DNA from: Mobula hypostoma
Lineage: Eukaryota
Length of the DNA: 64,000 bases
Direction of reading: 5' to 3'
NCBI RefSeq assembly: GCF_963921235.1
Contig: NC_086106.1
Coordinates: forward strand, 20,212,001-20,276,000
Shown: positions 36,339-48,086 of the stretch, in pieces
Layout of the letters: each line of letters starts with the position of its first letter
How positions within the stretch are numbered: position 1 is the first letter of the stretch
Notes under the pieces: generated by a model
The model's input: only the letters and a program-made list of their open reading frames with translations
Databases searched by the model: none
What the model was told of the DNA's origin: nothing
Made by a program: the position numbers and the translations under genes

Positions 36339-36629
36339 CACAGTGCCCGGCCCTCCTTCAAAAATACTTTCTGGCCATACCAGTGCCTGTCTTATCTGTG
36401 AAAAATGCAGCCCATCCTTCACAAAGAGCTTTCACAAAATATAATGCTATCAATTTTTCTAACCTGAGAATATCAATTACAAAGCCGATCCATAATTATG
36501 AAGGATAAAGCATCTTGAGAATTTTATCACATCATTTAACAGAAGTTACACGCAATATTAAAAACTGATCACATTCTCTGTACTGTCCAAGGTAAATTGT
36601 TCTTTAGGATGTGCCATTTATTTACTTAC

Positions 36630-36686
36630 TAGGTTCAACAGTCACTCTAGTTCCGCTTCCAAATATTAACTGTTGTGCAAAATTCA
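36630..36686 (-). CDS. TRAJ: TCR alpha J segment, canonical
   Basis: NFAQQLIFGSGTRVTVEP; RSS caccgtg 36687-36693 / 12 / acaaaaagc; donor GTAAGT. Confidence 0.92.
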
Positions 36687-37559
36687 CACCGTGACTGCCC
36701 CCTCTACAAAAAGCAATTTGTTAGCCAATTCCCACTGTTTAGTTAACTTTCATTGGCAACCTCATTGGTAACTATTCATTTAGTCTCGTTCAACGTGAAT
36801 TGGTAAATTTGAGTTAAAATTGTTTGATCTTGTTCGTAGCTTTGCTTTTATTAAGGCAAGATTCTCTGAGGCAAAGTTCTCTAAGAATTCCCCTTGCAAC
36901 TAAAACAAACATTGGATGCTAGTTTTAACAATGTCCAAAGGTTTTAGTTTAGTCCCAGTTTAATATAAGGATTTTAGTAATAGATTCCAAACTTTTCTCC
37001 CAGGTGTAGACGAACTATAGAGAAGAAGTCACAAAATGATCCAGTAAACAAGTGGAAAATAATAACTGCTGATAGTAGAAATTTAAAGTAAAATCTGAAA
37101 ATGCTGGAAACACTCTACAGGCCAGGCAGCAACTGTGTAAAGTAAAACATTAAGCGTTCTGTGTCCTAGAATGGAAAGAACAAAAGAAAAAGGAGTTTTC
37201 AGTAGGAGAGACAATGTGTAGGAAAAATATCTGATAGGAAAGGCTAAGTAGACGAATGAGGATAGTAACAAACGCATTTAACAACCTTTGTTTGTGCAAA
37301 GCGTTGGGAAAGCGTTGTGAGACAGAGCCAAGGGGTAAGAAAAACCGAGCCTAGTGACAACTGGTGCAAATATCTGTTTCTGCTACATGAAGTTGGAGAA
37401 TTCGCTAATTTGACAAGATACTCCGGAATATGTATAATCTGATTTGGTTACATATTAATAATAGGACAACGAAGATAGGATCATGGACTGTGTAACTAGC
37501 ACCCCAAACATTTGGTCCATTATCCTCCACTTATCACATTCTTATTACAATTTACTTCC

Positions 37560-37613
37560 CTGGTGTTACTGTTGGCTTGGATCCAGACCCGAATGTAAGC
37601 TTCTCATATATCA
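37560..37613 (-). pseudogene. TRAJ: TRAJ pseudogene (FGSG kept; donor GG, degenerate heptamer)
   Basis: IYEKLTFGSGSKPTVTP; heptamer cattgca 37614-37620 / 12 / gaaaaaacc; donor GGAAGT. Confidence 0.78.
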
Positions 37614-39017
37614 CATTGCACGTCATATTAGTGAAAAAACCTATCGCCCTATTCCGATGTCGAGTTCCACACTGGACAATAGATAATAACCTCAAGAGCA
37701 TTACGTTCCTACGTCACCTTTGACACAACACACACTCAACTTGATGCACTGCTGACAGTATCTACAGAGATTTCAATTACACTTCGGAAACTAATCTCAG
37801 TAGTATTCCAAGGGACCATAGAAAAGCGAGTCAGTGCCAAAAGTGTATTGTCTTCACTTCACTAATATAACCCGACTTTTTAAGCACACTGAATGCTTCA
37901 TTGCAAATAAACGAGAATATTTCCACGGAAGTAATGTCACATCGGTTCAAAGGACGATATTTACCGAATCCATGTATTCTTTGCCATTTTCTGTTTGACT
38001 CCTACATCATTCGAGACTGCACCATGTTTGCCTGGCAATAACGCAAAATTTGTCCGGATTTGAAGTGGCTAAAATATGGAAAGATACTAAGTATGTTGTA
38101 ATTGAATGAATATTTACACTGACTGAATTTAGGTTAAATTGTGAATGTTATTGGCATTATATTAATGATGTAGCCCAGGACAGGGTATGGAAAATACATA
38201 CCCTCTAAAAGGCCCTTAAATAGTCTCAGCAGAAAGAGTGGGTCTTCTGTTGCTTGGTTGTTCCAAGCGTCTGCTCCCGTGACAGAGCGCAAAGATACCG
38301 ACATACAAGTTTGCCGTAAATTCCCGAGGGGGGGGGGCAGATAGAGGAAGCGGAATTGGACTGGAGGGGCGAAGGCATGTGTCAGATGTCAATGAGACAA
38401 GTTATCCAGGGTGAAGAGAATAGAAAGCACAGTAGGGGAATTTGTGCTTTTATCCTCAAACTACACCCAAACATCATGTAGGGCAAAATGTGGAGGTTAT
38501 TCAATTAAATCAGTGGAGTTATGATGTTTTAAGGCCTGGTTGTGCCATGATTTTCCCTCGGTCATTAGCAGTGTGATTACTCTGGCTGGTAATATATTAA
38601 CGATAGGCATCTGCATCACCCCACTGGAGTTAAAATCCCTTAATTGTACAATAGAACTGTATAGAGTTACATAACTATAATCCTACTCCAAACATTAGCA
38701 GGGGATATAACAAAGCATTTAAGAGCATCGGAATGATTGTGTGGTATTACTCATTCGGGTAGTTTCAATCTCAGCTACATTTCATGACTTTGGAAACCCT
38801 TATCACATTAGTGAAGAATGTCACACATTCCGAGAGAAGTTCAATTTAGTTATGTATTTTTCTACAAGCAACACATATGGAAAGCACTTCAGTTTACTCA
38901 TTGTTTATGGTAAGATTGACAATGAGATTGAAAACACCTTTTGCTTTTAAAAATAAAATGTGTCGTACACAGCTTAAAAGATTATGCAAAAAAGTGAGGA
39001 GATATTAAACCACTCAC

Positions 39018-39077
39018 TAGGTTGAACTTTAAGCCTTGTTCCTGATCCAAATGTCAGCCTGCCAGTGTTATCATCCA
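39018..39077 (-). CDS. TRAJ: TCR alpha J segment, canonical
   Basis: DDNTGRLTFGSGTRLKVQP; RSS cacagca 39078-39084 / 12 / acaaaaatc; donor GTGAGT. Confidence 0.93.
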
Positions 39078-39399
39078 CACAGCATCATACCCTCAAACAA
39101 AAATCTATCGATTCAAATTTGTTTCTTCCAATGCACACTAAGGGAAGATCCACTTTTTTTTTTTTACGTGTTGGATGATTGCAGTGATATAATTCCTGCA
39201 GCCCATATTGATGCGAAATTATTTTCCAACTTCCTTCTCTTTCAGTTCTGCTCTCTGCTAATCACACGGTGGTCACCACCATTCAGCTGTCCTGTTCCTT
39301 CTAAACTATTCCACCTTACGCTCCCCTGTTTACAGAATCCAAATACTAGTTTTCCCTTTATTTCACCACCAGTCCTGATGGAAATCCGACGTCCTGAAC

Positions 39400-39720
39400 C
39401 ATTAGCAAGACAATAGGAACTGGGGCCTTCGACCTTTCTTCCTGCTCTCCAATCTCCAAGATCATGACAGATATTGTTACTCGTCAGCTTCAGATTCTTT
39501 GATTCCAACTAGTATCAATGAATTCAAATACCACCCCACGCCGTTTTGAATGAAATTAATGCCCGAACCTTCACAGTTCTCCGATCCGGTTAGAGAATTC
39601 CAAAGACTCACTTCCTCCAAACGAAGGAACTGCTGCATATCCCAGTCATACCCCTTATTGTGTATTGTGGCGCATTGTTCTCGATTCCTCAACCAAGAGA
39701 ACATACACCCCGATCCACCC
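39400..39720 (-). mobile_element. Decayed CR1 LINE 3' fragment
   Basis: Minus-strand frame contains VSLWNSL, matching the CR1 C-terminal RVV.LWNSLP motif. Confidence 0.6.
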
Positions 39721-40274
39721 CAGTGAGGTAGCGGCATGGAAGATGCCCTCTCAGTGTTCTAAACTAGAGTATTTAGGCTAAGTCTATCTATTTCTTCTCC
39801 CCCTTCCTTACCTGCATCTTAACACTTAGAACTGTCGTCTCTTCTTTCCATCTATTGACCTAATTGAGAATCCAACTTGCCAGAACTTGCCTCACTTTTA
39901 TGTATCTCTAAATGTTCCTTCATACAGGTCTTGCTTGAATTTCCCATGGGTATCTAGGCTATTTCTGACGTATATCTGCTTTATATCTCCTCCTCATGCA
40001 AAGAATGCTATAACGAATTGGATCTATCAGACGGTACCTCATTTAGATGCCTAATTTTGTTCTTCCTTAAAATCAGAGAGATCTTCTCAATATCTGCCTT
40101 TCCTTATGTCTGTATAATTAGGGACATTCTTTATTAGATTATCGTTCATCCAACTTGTTTATAAAGGAGGACTTCATCTACAGATGACCTGGGAAACTAT
40201 TTACTGTTTTAATTCTAACAATCTCACAATAGTTATGAACAGAGAACTCCAGAGTCTGGCATTGCCGCACTTAC

Positions 40275-40331
40275 CTGGTTGTACGGTGAGTTTGGTCCCA
40301 GATCCAAATATTATCTCGTTGCCAGCAAACG
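40275..40331 (-). CDS. TRAJ: TCR alpha J segment, canonical
   Basis: FAGNEIIFGSGTKLTVQP; RSS cacagtg 40332-40338 / 12 / actgaaacc; donor GTAAGT. Confidence 0.93.
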
Positions 40332-40496
40332 CACAGTGTTACACATCAGTACTGAAACCCCATTTGATCCTAAGCATGCAGATCATTTGCAAAACATGAG
40401 TTTTCAAAGATTTAAAGATAAAAAACAGGAATTCCGATATTCAAAGTAATATCCTAAAACACTAGTTTATTGGATGCAGGATGTCATTGAACTTAC

Positions 40497-40553
40497 TTGG
40501 TAAAACTGTCAGCTTACTCCCTGTACCAAATAAGAGTATCTGTCCATAGTCCA
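40497..40553 (-). CDS. TRAJ: TCR alpha J segment, canonical
   Basis: DYGQILLFGTGSKLTVLP; RSS cacagta 40554-40560 / 12 / acataaacc; donor GTAAGT. Confidence 0.92.
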
Positions 40554-41509
40554 CACAGTAAGCCATGCCATAACATAAACCCATTTTCAGTTAAGGTAAA
40601 CCATTCTCACTAGTTAAGGATTCACCTATTTAACTAAAAAAAACATGCTACTGCTGTTATAGCATTTTGTAGCAGAAAAGGAACTGATCTTCCACTTGCC
40701 GTGAATTCTGAACTGTCAAATCTTCAGTACAATTATCGTGATCTGAAATTTTGATTTAGATTTTCTTTCACTCTGAATGCAGGTTAGACCTGCTGAGATT
40801 TGTGATACTTTCTAAGACGATTTAAATCTTCCAGTACACTTCGCTGTTTGAGTCAGAGCACGAACAAAATTTTCATGGATCTAGTAGAACAGGAAATGCT
40901 GGGATCACTCAGTAGACCAGGTAGCAAATGTGCAAAGAGAGACAGAGCAGATGGATCTGGTCTAAGAGCCTTCATAAGGAACATAAAGTGAGAAAATAAG
41001 TTACTTTAAGATGAGAGCATTTCTAAAAGGCGAGACCGGAATTGTCTAGGTGTTCCTAAGGTCTAATTTCCTGTCCCTGAATCGATGAGCATAATCGCCA
41101 GTTACCGGTCCACTGACAAGAGTCATGTTTTAGTACACTAAATTGTTTGACAGCTCACGTTATCTGAATTTTTTTTTTCAGAAGGATAGATTTGGCTTGT
41201 TATCATACTTCTGCAATTTCCTTACCAGAAGTCCATACCGGCCCTTAAAACAAACCTTTCATTCCCATTGCATTTATTTTCCAGTAATCCAAATTCTATT
41301 TCTAATAATTCTTTAAAGCTACAAACATATCAATTGTTAGGAAATGAACGGTTCTGCCATTGCCCTGAGTAGTCATAACCAACTGAATTCAGACTCCAGC
41401 TTATTAAATATAACAGGAAACTAAAGTACATAATGCATGGATATCGAGAAATTGAACTTCTATACACTTGTAGGAAATAGACTCAGGTTAAATGTTAATT
41501 AATACTTAC

Positions 41510-41572
41510 TTAACAACACAGATAACTTAGTCCCAGTTCCAAAGATAAGTTTGGTATTAGCTCCTGCATTCA
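41510..41572 (-). CDS. TRAJ: TCR alpha J segment, canonical
   Basis: NAGANTKLIFGTGTKLSVLL; RSS cacagta 41573-41579 / 12 / ccaaaaact; donor GTAAGT. Confidence 0.92.
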
Positions 41573-42119
41573 CACAGTACTATACTCCAAACCAAAAACT
41601 CTCATTAGGCCAGAATTAGTAGATAACCACACCTATTGGTTGCTAGATCTGAATGCTTGGAATGATTCAATGGAATTATCCACAGGACGCTCATTTTCAA
41701 AGGAATGCTGATCAACACTCATTAATTACTTTGAAAGAGATTTTTGTTTAAAACCCATACTCCGCTTAATTATTATTAATTTTAAAGTGGCACATGATAG
41801 TGTAATCTTTGTTAGTGAACAAACAATCGAACTTCTGGAACAATTATCCAAGGACTTGAATATGAAACTTAACCGTAGTGGTTAGTGATTGATATTCAAG
41901 AAGGTCACTTTGAAATGGAAACGGCAAAATCGTCTCGGCAATGACGACCACGAAAGCGAATGGCTTGCCATAAAACTCCTTGGTGAATCTCTGGAAATCT
42001 CTGCACCAGAGAGCTGTGGCCACTAGATTACTGGGTGCAGTATGAGAAGATGGAATTGACTGTTTGAAGGAACTGGAAATGAAGCATATGGAGAAAGAGC
42101 TCAGAAGAGAAGATGACTG

Positions 42120-42530
42120 CTAAAGCAGATCACCCAAACACTGCTATAGGAAGAGACTGACATTAAATTGCAAAGGATGCAGAAAAGATTTGCATGGATA
42201 TTACAGGGACCGGAGATCTTGAGTTGTTAGGAAAGAGTGGACAAATTGAGCTTCATTTCTTGAAGCGCAGGAAGATTTGGGGTGACATATAGAAGTATAT
42301 AAAACGACGAGTAGCATAGAAAAAGTGAACAATCATTTAGGGGAGTCTAATACTGGATAGTATAGGTTGAAGGTGAGAAGAAAAAGACATAAAGAGGACT
42401 TGAGAAGCAGATTTTACAAAATCAAATGATGGTGTGTTTATGGAAGGAGCTGCACAAGAAGTTATAAATATGTTTGAAAGGCATTTAGATAGAACGAACC
42501 CGTACATTTCCGAGAAATGACCAACATTCC
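42120..42530 (+). mobile_element. Decayed CR1 LINE 3' fragment
   Basis: ctataggaagagactgacattaaattgcaaaggatgcagaaaagatttgcatggatattacaggga resembles YRKD.IKLERVQKRFTRMLPG. Confidence 0.7.
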
Positions 42531-42638
42531 GACCCTTTCTCCTCAAATAGTCTGACTATGGATTTGAAGTTTAAAGAACAAATGAATTTGTTTTAAAAAG
42601 TCTACTAATGATTTCATTTTAGAGGTCTACTGAAGGCG

Positions 42639-42812
42639 NNNNNNNNNNNNNNNNNNNNNNNNNNNNNNNNNNNNNNNNNNNNNNNNNNNNNNNNNNNNNN
42701 NNNNNNNNNNNNNNNNNNNNNNNNNNNNNNNNNNNNNNNNNNNNNNNNNNNNNNNNNNNNNNNNNNNNNNNNNNNNNNNNNNNNNNNNNNNNNNNNNNNN
42801 NNNNNNNNNNNN
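42639..42812. other. Assembly gap (174 N)
   Basis: Run of N. Confidence 1.
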
Positions 42813-43039
42813 TTTTGTAGTGATCAACATTAACTTATCTATGGAATAAATTATAATTGTGAAGAATGATTCAAGTTTCATTGATACGATCTGTAAGCAA
42901 TTCCCTCTCACTGTACGTAAACGTAGAAGGGCTTTAAAAGCGATCAGAGAAACAGAAGTTGATCTACGTTTCTGCTCAGTTCGTAAGATACACCTGACTC
43001 TCAATACATAAATATGATATCCCAAAAGCTCCTACTTAC

Positions 43040-43096
43040 TAGGCGTGATACGGAGCCTCGTGCCAGATCCAAAGATGATGTCGTTACCAACGTTCA
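43040..43096 (-). CDS. TRAJ: TCR alpha J segment, canonical
   Basis: NVGNDIIFGSGTRLRITP; RSS cacagca 43097-43103 / 12 / accaaaaac; donor GTAAGT. Confidence 0.92.
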
Positions 43097-43809
43097 CACA
43101 GCATGAAATCCTAGTACCAAAAACCTTTGCGGGCCAGACGTTACACTGCCAGCTCTGAATGCAAGACTACATTACAGGAGCTGTGAATAACTGTCGAAAG
43201 TAGCCCAAAATCTTATTATTTCCACTGATGTATAATAATGAAATGCATTTTATTCTTGATTAGCAAATTTGTTTCTGAATATATGCTCTGAGTTAACTCC
43301 TGGCCAAGACATGTAGAAACATTAAATGACTACAAATTGTCTAAATTATATGAATCTATTACATATTTAATTATTCCCAACTGTTAAATGTTAATTGACA
43401 CGAGTTTATCCTGTGTTAATGAAGCTCTGAGTCACAAAAGCGACACCACCTCTCCCTTCCCTATCTCTCTCCTCTCCCTCCCCCCCTCTCTCTCTCTTTG
43501 TCCCTCTGTCTCTGTCTCTCCGTATGTGTTTTGATTACTGAGAAACCTCAAAGAGTACAGTCTGAGGATAATTGGCACTTTTAGCCTGTGAAGATTTTTC
43601 CTTATTATCAAACATTTTCTATCCCCTGACCCGTTCTTTATGCGTCTAGAATTCGTACGTATTTCTACAAAGAAAAATCAACATCCCCTATGAAAACTAC
43701 GGTGGGATTTGCTTCTAAGTCTCCTGACTGAGCTGTAGACCATAACATCTCGAATCGTCAATTCTCCCTGGCTAATGACTTCACATCTATGTCTCAGTCT
43801 CGGTATCCC

Positions 43810-44260
43810 TTCTGACAATGGGAGTGGTTACCTTTTCCTTTGCCTGCCATTAACTTGAATGAACACCTATCTCATGTCCTCCCTCGACTTGTCTTTTCTT
43901 ATGGAAAAGAGTACTGTCGACGTTTCTGGCCGGAAAGACGCCAGATTTACCCATTCTATCCCTCTACCCAAGGAAACACTTCCAACCTCTCTTCTAAGTC
44001 TAATTGTTTCGAACGATTGGGTGCCAGAAATGGATACAGTGCTCCAGTTGTGGCCAAACCAGCATCCTAAAAAAGTGCTGCATAATTTTCTGCCGGGTCC
44101 CCTGCATTTTCATCCGATGCTTTCTCACGCTATCCTGTTACCATCAGCATATACTCGATTTCCCATTGATCCCCACCCTTTTATATTCCTCGTTATGTCA
44201 CGTCGCCTCTTTGTGATCCAAATAAAAGCATATAATCGTTAGTTTGTCCTTGCTCACAGC
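43810..44260 (-). mobile_element. Decayed LINE fragment, duplicated at 47150-47560
   Basis: acaatgctccagttgtggccaaaccaa-type sequence typical of reverse-oriented CR1/L2 ORF2 3' regions; present in both copies of the 43-48.8 kb duplication. Confidence 0.55.
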
Positions 44261-44399
44261 CATAAAGAATTATCTCAAAGATCATCCAAATGAGTCAATT
44301 TATGTAAGTGATTATCTTGTAATCGTTCGCGATAATAGCATTAATCTAACATATCAATGGCCTCTTTCTGTTCTATTAGAAGTACAAAATAAGATTTAT

Positions 44400-44462
44400 C
44401 GGGCTGTACAGTTAGACGTGTCCCAGTTCCAAAGGTTAACACGTTCGTGCTGTCATAAGCCA
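44400..44462 (-). pseudogene. TRAJ: TRAJ with consensus heptamer and FGTG but dead splice donor
   Basis: AYDSTNVLTFGTGTRLTVQP; RSS cacagtg 44463-44469 / 12 / acacaaccc; donor ATAAAT (paralog 47686 has GTAAGT). Confidence 0.87.
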
Positions 44463-44756
44463 CACAGTGCCCTATCCCCAAACACAACCCCCCCACTTCA
44501 TTCTGACTATTCCTACATAATCAACTCATTGTAGTACTCAGCTAAAACAGCCAAAAGCGTAGATACCAAAACGCACAAACTAAGACTCGATGGGCCGAAT
44601 GGCACAATTCTGTTACTATATCTTATGGTATTATTATAGCAGTATTGATCGCATGCTTATTTCATCTTCTGTTACATCATTACAATATACATGACAGCCA
44701 TTTAATACAAATCCACACCCTTCACGAATAACCCTGGTAAATTGTCTCACACCTAC

Positions 44757-44818
44757 TTGGTTTAACAGTGAGTTTAGTACCAGATCCAAATATGAGATTG
44801 TATCCACCAGCATTCGCC
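44757..44818 (-). CDS. TRAJ: TCR alpha J segment, canonical, perfect RSS
   Basis: ANAGGYNLIFGSGTKLTVKP; RSS cacagtg 44819-44825 / 12 / acaaaaacc; donor GTAGGT. Confidence 0.95.
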
Positions 44819-45350
44819 CACAGTGTGTGAGAGGTTGACAAAAACCACTTGTCAGAGGTAAGCAGCAAAGTACAAAGTCTTATAAATGGGCAACAGCCCT
44901 CAAAGGAATTTTTGGGATAGTCTCGCCATCAGTGCACGTCTATTTCGCATTGAATTAAAGAGAAATACCTTCACTCACAGGCAGATATATATTTTCAATT
45001 CTCTCCGCTGAAAGGCTGTGGATGGTGAAGCGCTAACCGCATCCACAACAGTGGAATTATACTTTAAGGAAATCAAAAGAGAGATAGGAGGTTGATTTCA
45101 TCGATTTATCAAACTGGAGGGGCTCAATGGGCTCTCCCTGCCTTTGTTCCTCAGGCTTTACTTCCCTGTCGGACCACTATTAAAAGGAATATTGATGAAG
45201 GTTAATGGCACTGGCTTCCAGCTACATTTCGTTTGTTGTGTTTCCTAACCGAATCCTTTCCATAGTCAAAGGAGTTTGCTGTGTGGTTTGTTAAGAAGAT
45301 TGCAGTTGTATCAGATCCATACAGTAATACAGCATGCAAACAGACACTTC

Positions 45351-45847
45351 GGACCAGGATGTGGAAGCATTGGAAAGGGCACAGAGGAGATTTACCAGGA
45401 TGCTGCCTGGTTTGGAGATTATGCATTATGATCAGAGATTAAGGGAGCTAGGGCTTTACTCTTTGGAGAGAAGGAGGATGAGAGGAGACATGATAGAAAT
45501 ATACAAGATATTAAGAGGAATAGATACAGTGGACAGCCGGCGCCTCTTCCCCAGGGCACCACTGCTCAATACAAGAGGACATGGCTTTAAAGTAAGGGGT
45601 GTGAAGTTCAAGCGTGGATATTAGAGGAAGGTTTTTTGCTTAGAGAGTGGTTGGTGCGCGGAATGCAGTGCCTGAGTCAGTGGTGGAGGCAGATACACTA
45701 GTGAAATTTAAGAGACTACTAGACAGGTATATGGAGGAATTTAAGGTGGGGGGTTATATGGGAGGCAGCGTTTAAGTGTCGGCACAACATTGTGGGCCGA
45801 AAGGCCTGTACTACGCTGTATTATTCTATGTTCTATGTTCTATGTTC
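45351..45847 (+). mobile_element. Young 5'-truncated CR1-clade LINE with (TTCTATG)n tail
   Basis: DVEALERAQRRFTRMLPGLEIMHYDQRLRELGLYSLERRRMRGDMIEIYKILRGIDTVDSRRLFPR is CR1 ORF2 C-terminus; tandem 7-mer tail at 45824-45847; absent from the paralogous block near 48500. Confidence 0.93.
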
Positions 45848-46180
45848 ATTTCTGTGCTTATTCGGTTTGCGTTTGATTTTTTTTGTCTATAATCGCCCCA
45901 CCCCGAATTTTTCCCAACCAAGTAATTTTCCAACTTTTTTTTCACATACCTTAATTGTGCCGCCTCTACCTCTTACTCTGGCAGCTCATTCCATATTCTA
46001 ACCACCTGAACACGTTCCCCTCAGCTCCCTTTTAAATCTTTCCCTTCTTCCTATAAGCCAACAGCTCTATGGTCAGGTTCCATGACCCTGAGAGAAAGAC
46101 TAGCAAGTTTTTACCCTATGCATGTCCCACATAGTGGTATTATTAGCTATAAATTTCTCACACAGTCTCTCTCATTCCAA

Positions 46181-46192
46181 GACAGAGAGAGT

Positions 46193-46274
<82 letters not shown>
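46181..46274. repeat. (GA)n(CAGA)n microsatellite
   Basis: Direct reading; lies close to the junction of the 43-48.8 kb duplication. Confidence 0.95.
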
Positions 46275-46275
<1 letters not shown>

Positions 46276-46465
46276 TCAAGTTTCTAGGAGATGATATGGA
46301 TTACTTTGATCAACATTTTGAAGCAGTTCATTTCTGCTGTCCATGGAGGTAGAAGGACTTTAGAGAGAAATCATGTTGATACAAGTTGACACACTTTTCT
46401 GCTCAACTTCTGTGATACATCTGACTCCCAATTCACAAATACAATATGCTACAACTCCTACTTAC

Positions 46466-46522
46466 TAGGCATAACCTGAAGCCTCGTGCCAGATCCAAAG
46501 ATGATGTTGTTAGCAAGGTTCA
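46466..46522 (-). CDS. TRAJ: TCR alpha J segment, canonical
   Basis: NLANNIIFGSGTRLQVMP; RSS cacagca 46523-46529 / 12 / aacaaaaca; donor GTAAGT; paralog of 43040. Confidence 0.92.
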
Positions 46523-47685
46523 CACAGCATGAAATCCCAGTAACAAAACATTTGCTGGTCAGACGTTACGCTCCCATTTCTCAATGCAGGACTATATCAC
46601 AAGAGCTGTATATGACTGTCCAAATTGCCTAAAATCTCATTATTTCCAGTGATGTATAATAATGCAATGTGTTTTATTCCTTATTAGCAAATATGTTTCT
46701 GAATATATGCACTGAGTAAACTCCTGGTCAAGCCTCATAGAAATATAAAATGAATGCAAAAGCTCTAAATTGTATGAATCGATGACACATTTAATTATTC
46801 CCAACTGTTAAATGTTAATTGACACCAGTTTATCCTGTGTTAAGAAAGATCTGATTCACAGCGGCGATTCCGCCTCGGTATGTTCTTTGATTATAGAGAA
46901 AGCTCAAACAGTACATTTTGGGGTTAATCGGCACTTTTAGCCTGTGAAGACCTTTTCTGTAAAATCAAAGTCAAATACTTTTCATCACCTGGTCCCTTCC
47001 ATATCTGTCTACATCCTTTCCACTCCGCCACACGTAGAAATCCACATTCCCTATGAAAACTACGGTGGAATGTGCTTCCAAATCCCCTTCACTAAGCTGT
47101 AGACCAAATCTTCTCGTTGAGTAAATTCTTCTTGGCTAGTGATCTCATATCTGTGTCTCAATCTCGACGCTTCTGCCAGTTGGAATGTTTTTTCCCCTTC
47201 ATCTGCCTGCCATTAACTTCAATGGACAATTATCTCATGTACTCCCTCGCCTTGTCTTTTCAGAGCGGAAACACGCCAGATTTACCCATTCTATCCTTCG
47301 GCCTATGGACACACTTTCCAAGTCCCTTCTAATCCCAGTTGCTTTGAAAGTTTAGCTGCCAGAAATGGATACAATGCTCCAGTTGTGGCCAAACCAACGA
47401 CCTACGAAAGTACTGCACAACGCTTCCTTACACTACCGAAGCCCCTATATACACTGCACCCTATTGCATTCCATCGCCAGATACATCGCTACTTCGTGTT
47501 CTAAATAAAATTACAGCGCTCTTGTTTAGTCCTCGCTCTGAGCTATAAAGAATTACCCCAAAGATTCTAAATACGTTAATTCATGGACGTGATTATCTTG
47601 TAATCGTCTATGATAATCACATTAATCTAAGGCGATGTGTCAGCAGTCTCTTTCTGTGCTGTTAGAAGTACAAAATAAGACTTAC

Positions 47686-47748
47686 TAGGCTGTACAGTTA
47701 GGCGTGTCCCAGTTCCAAAAGTTAAAATGTTGGTGTTGCCATAAGTCG
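47686..47748 (-). CDS. TRAJ: TCR alpha J segment, canonical
   Basis: TYGNTNILTFGTGTRLTVQP; RSS cacagtg 47749-47755 / 12 / acacaaacc; donor GTAAGT. Confidence 0.94.
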
Positions 47749-48024
47749 CACAGTGCCATATCCCCAAACACAAACCCCTCACTTCCTTCTGACCATTCCT
47801 GCATAATCAACTGATTGTAGCACTCAGATAAAACAGCAAAACGCGTAGAAGTAACAAAGACGAATTCTGTTTGCATATTTTATGGTCTTATTAATAAATA
47901 TAGATGGTGGTATTGATCTCATGCTTATTTTATCTTCTGTAACATCATCGCAGCATACATGACAGCTATTTAAAACAGATCAAAACTCTTCACCAATAGC
48001 TCAGGTAATTTTTCTGTTACGTAC

Positions 48025-48086
48025 TTGGTTGAACAGTGAGTTTGGTACCAGATCCAAATATGAGCTTGTATCCAGCATCATTCACC
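48025..48086 (-). CDS. TRAJ: TCR alpha J segment, canonical, perfect RSS
   Basis: VNDAGYKLIFGSGTKLTVQP; RSS cacagtg 48087-48093 / 12 / acaaaaacc; donor GTACGT; paralog of 44757. Confidence 0.94.

Larger units (their letters stand above)
14150..36400. repeat. Tandem array of an A-B-C-D four-J cassette (about ten partial or complete copies, period roughly 2-3 kb)
   Basis: Recurring J families in fixed order with homologous spacers and a shared SINE remnant. Confidence 0.85.

Noticed and set aside
14150-36400. Regularly spaced conserved motifs suggesting a CRISPR-like or satellite array
   Set aside because: The recurring words are RSSs, FR4 codons and splice donors of J segments in eukaryotic DNA; spacing is kilobases and irregular.
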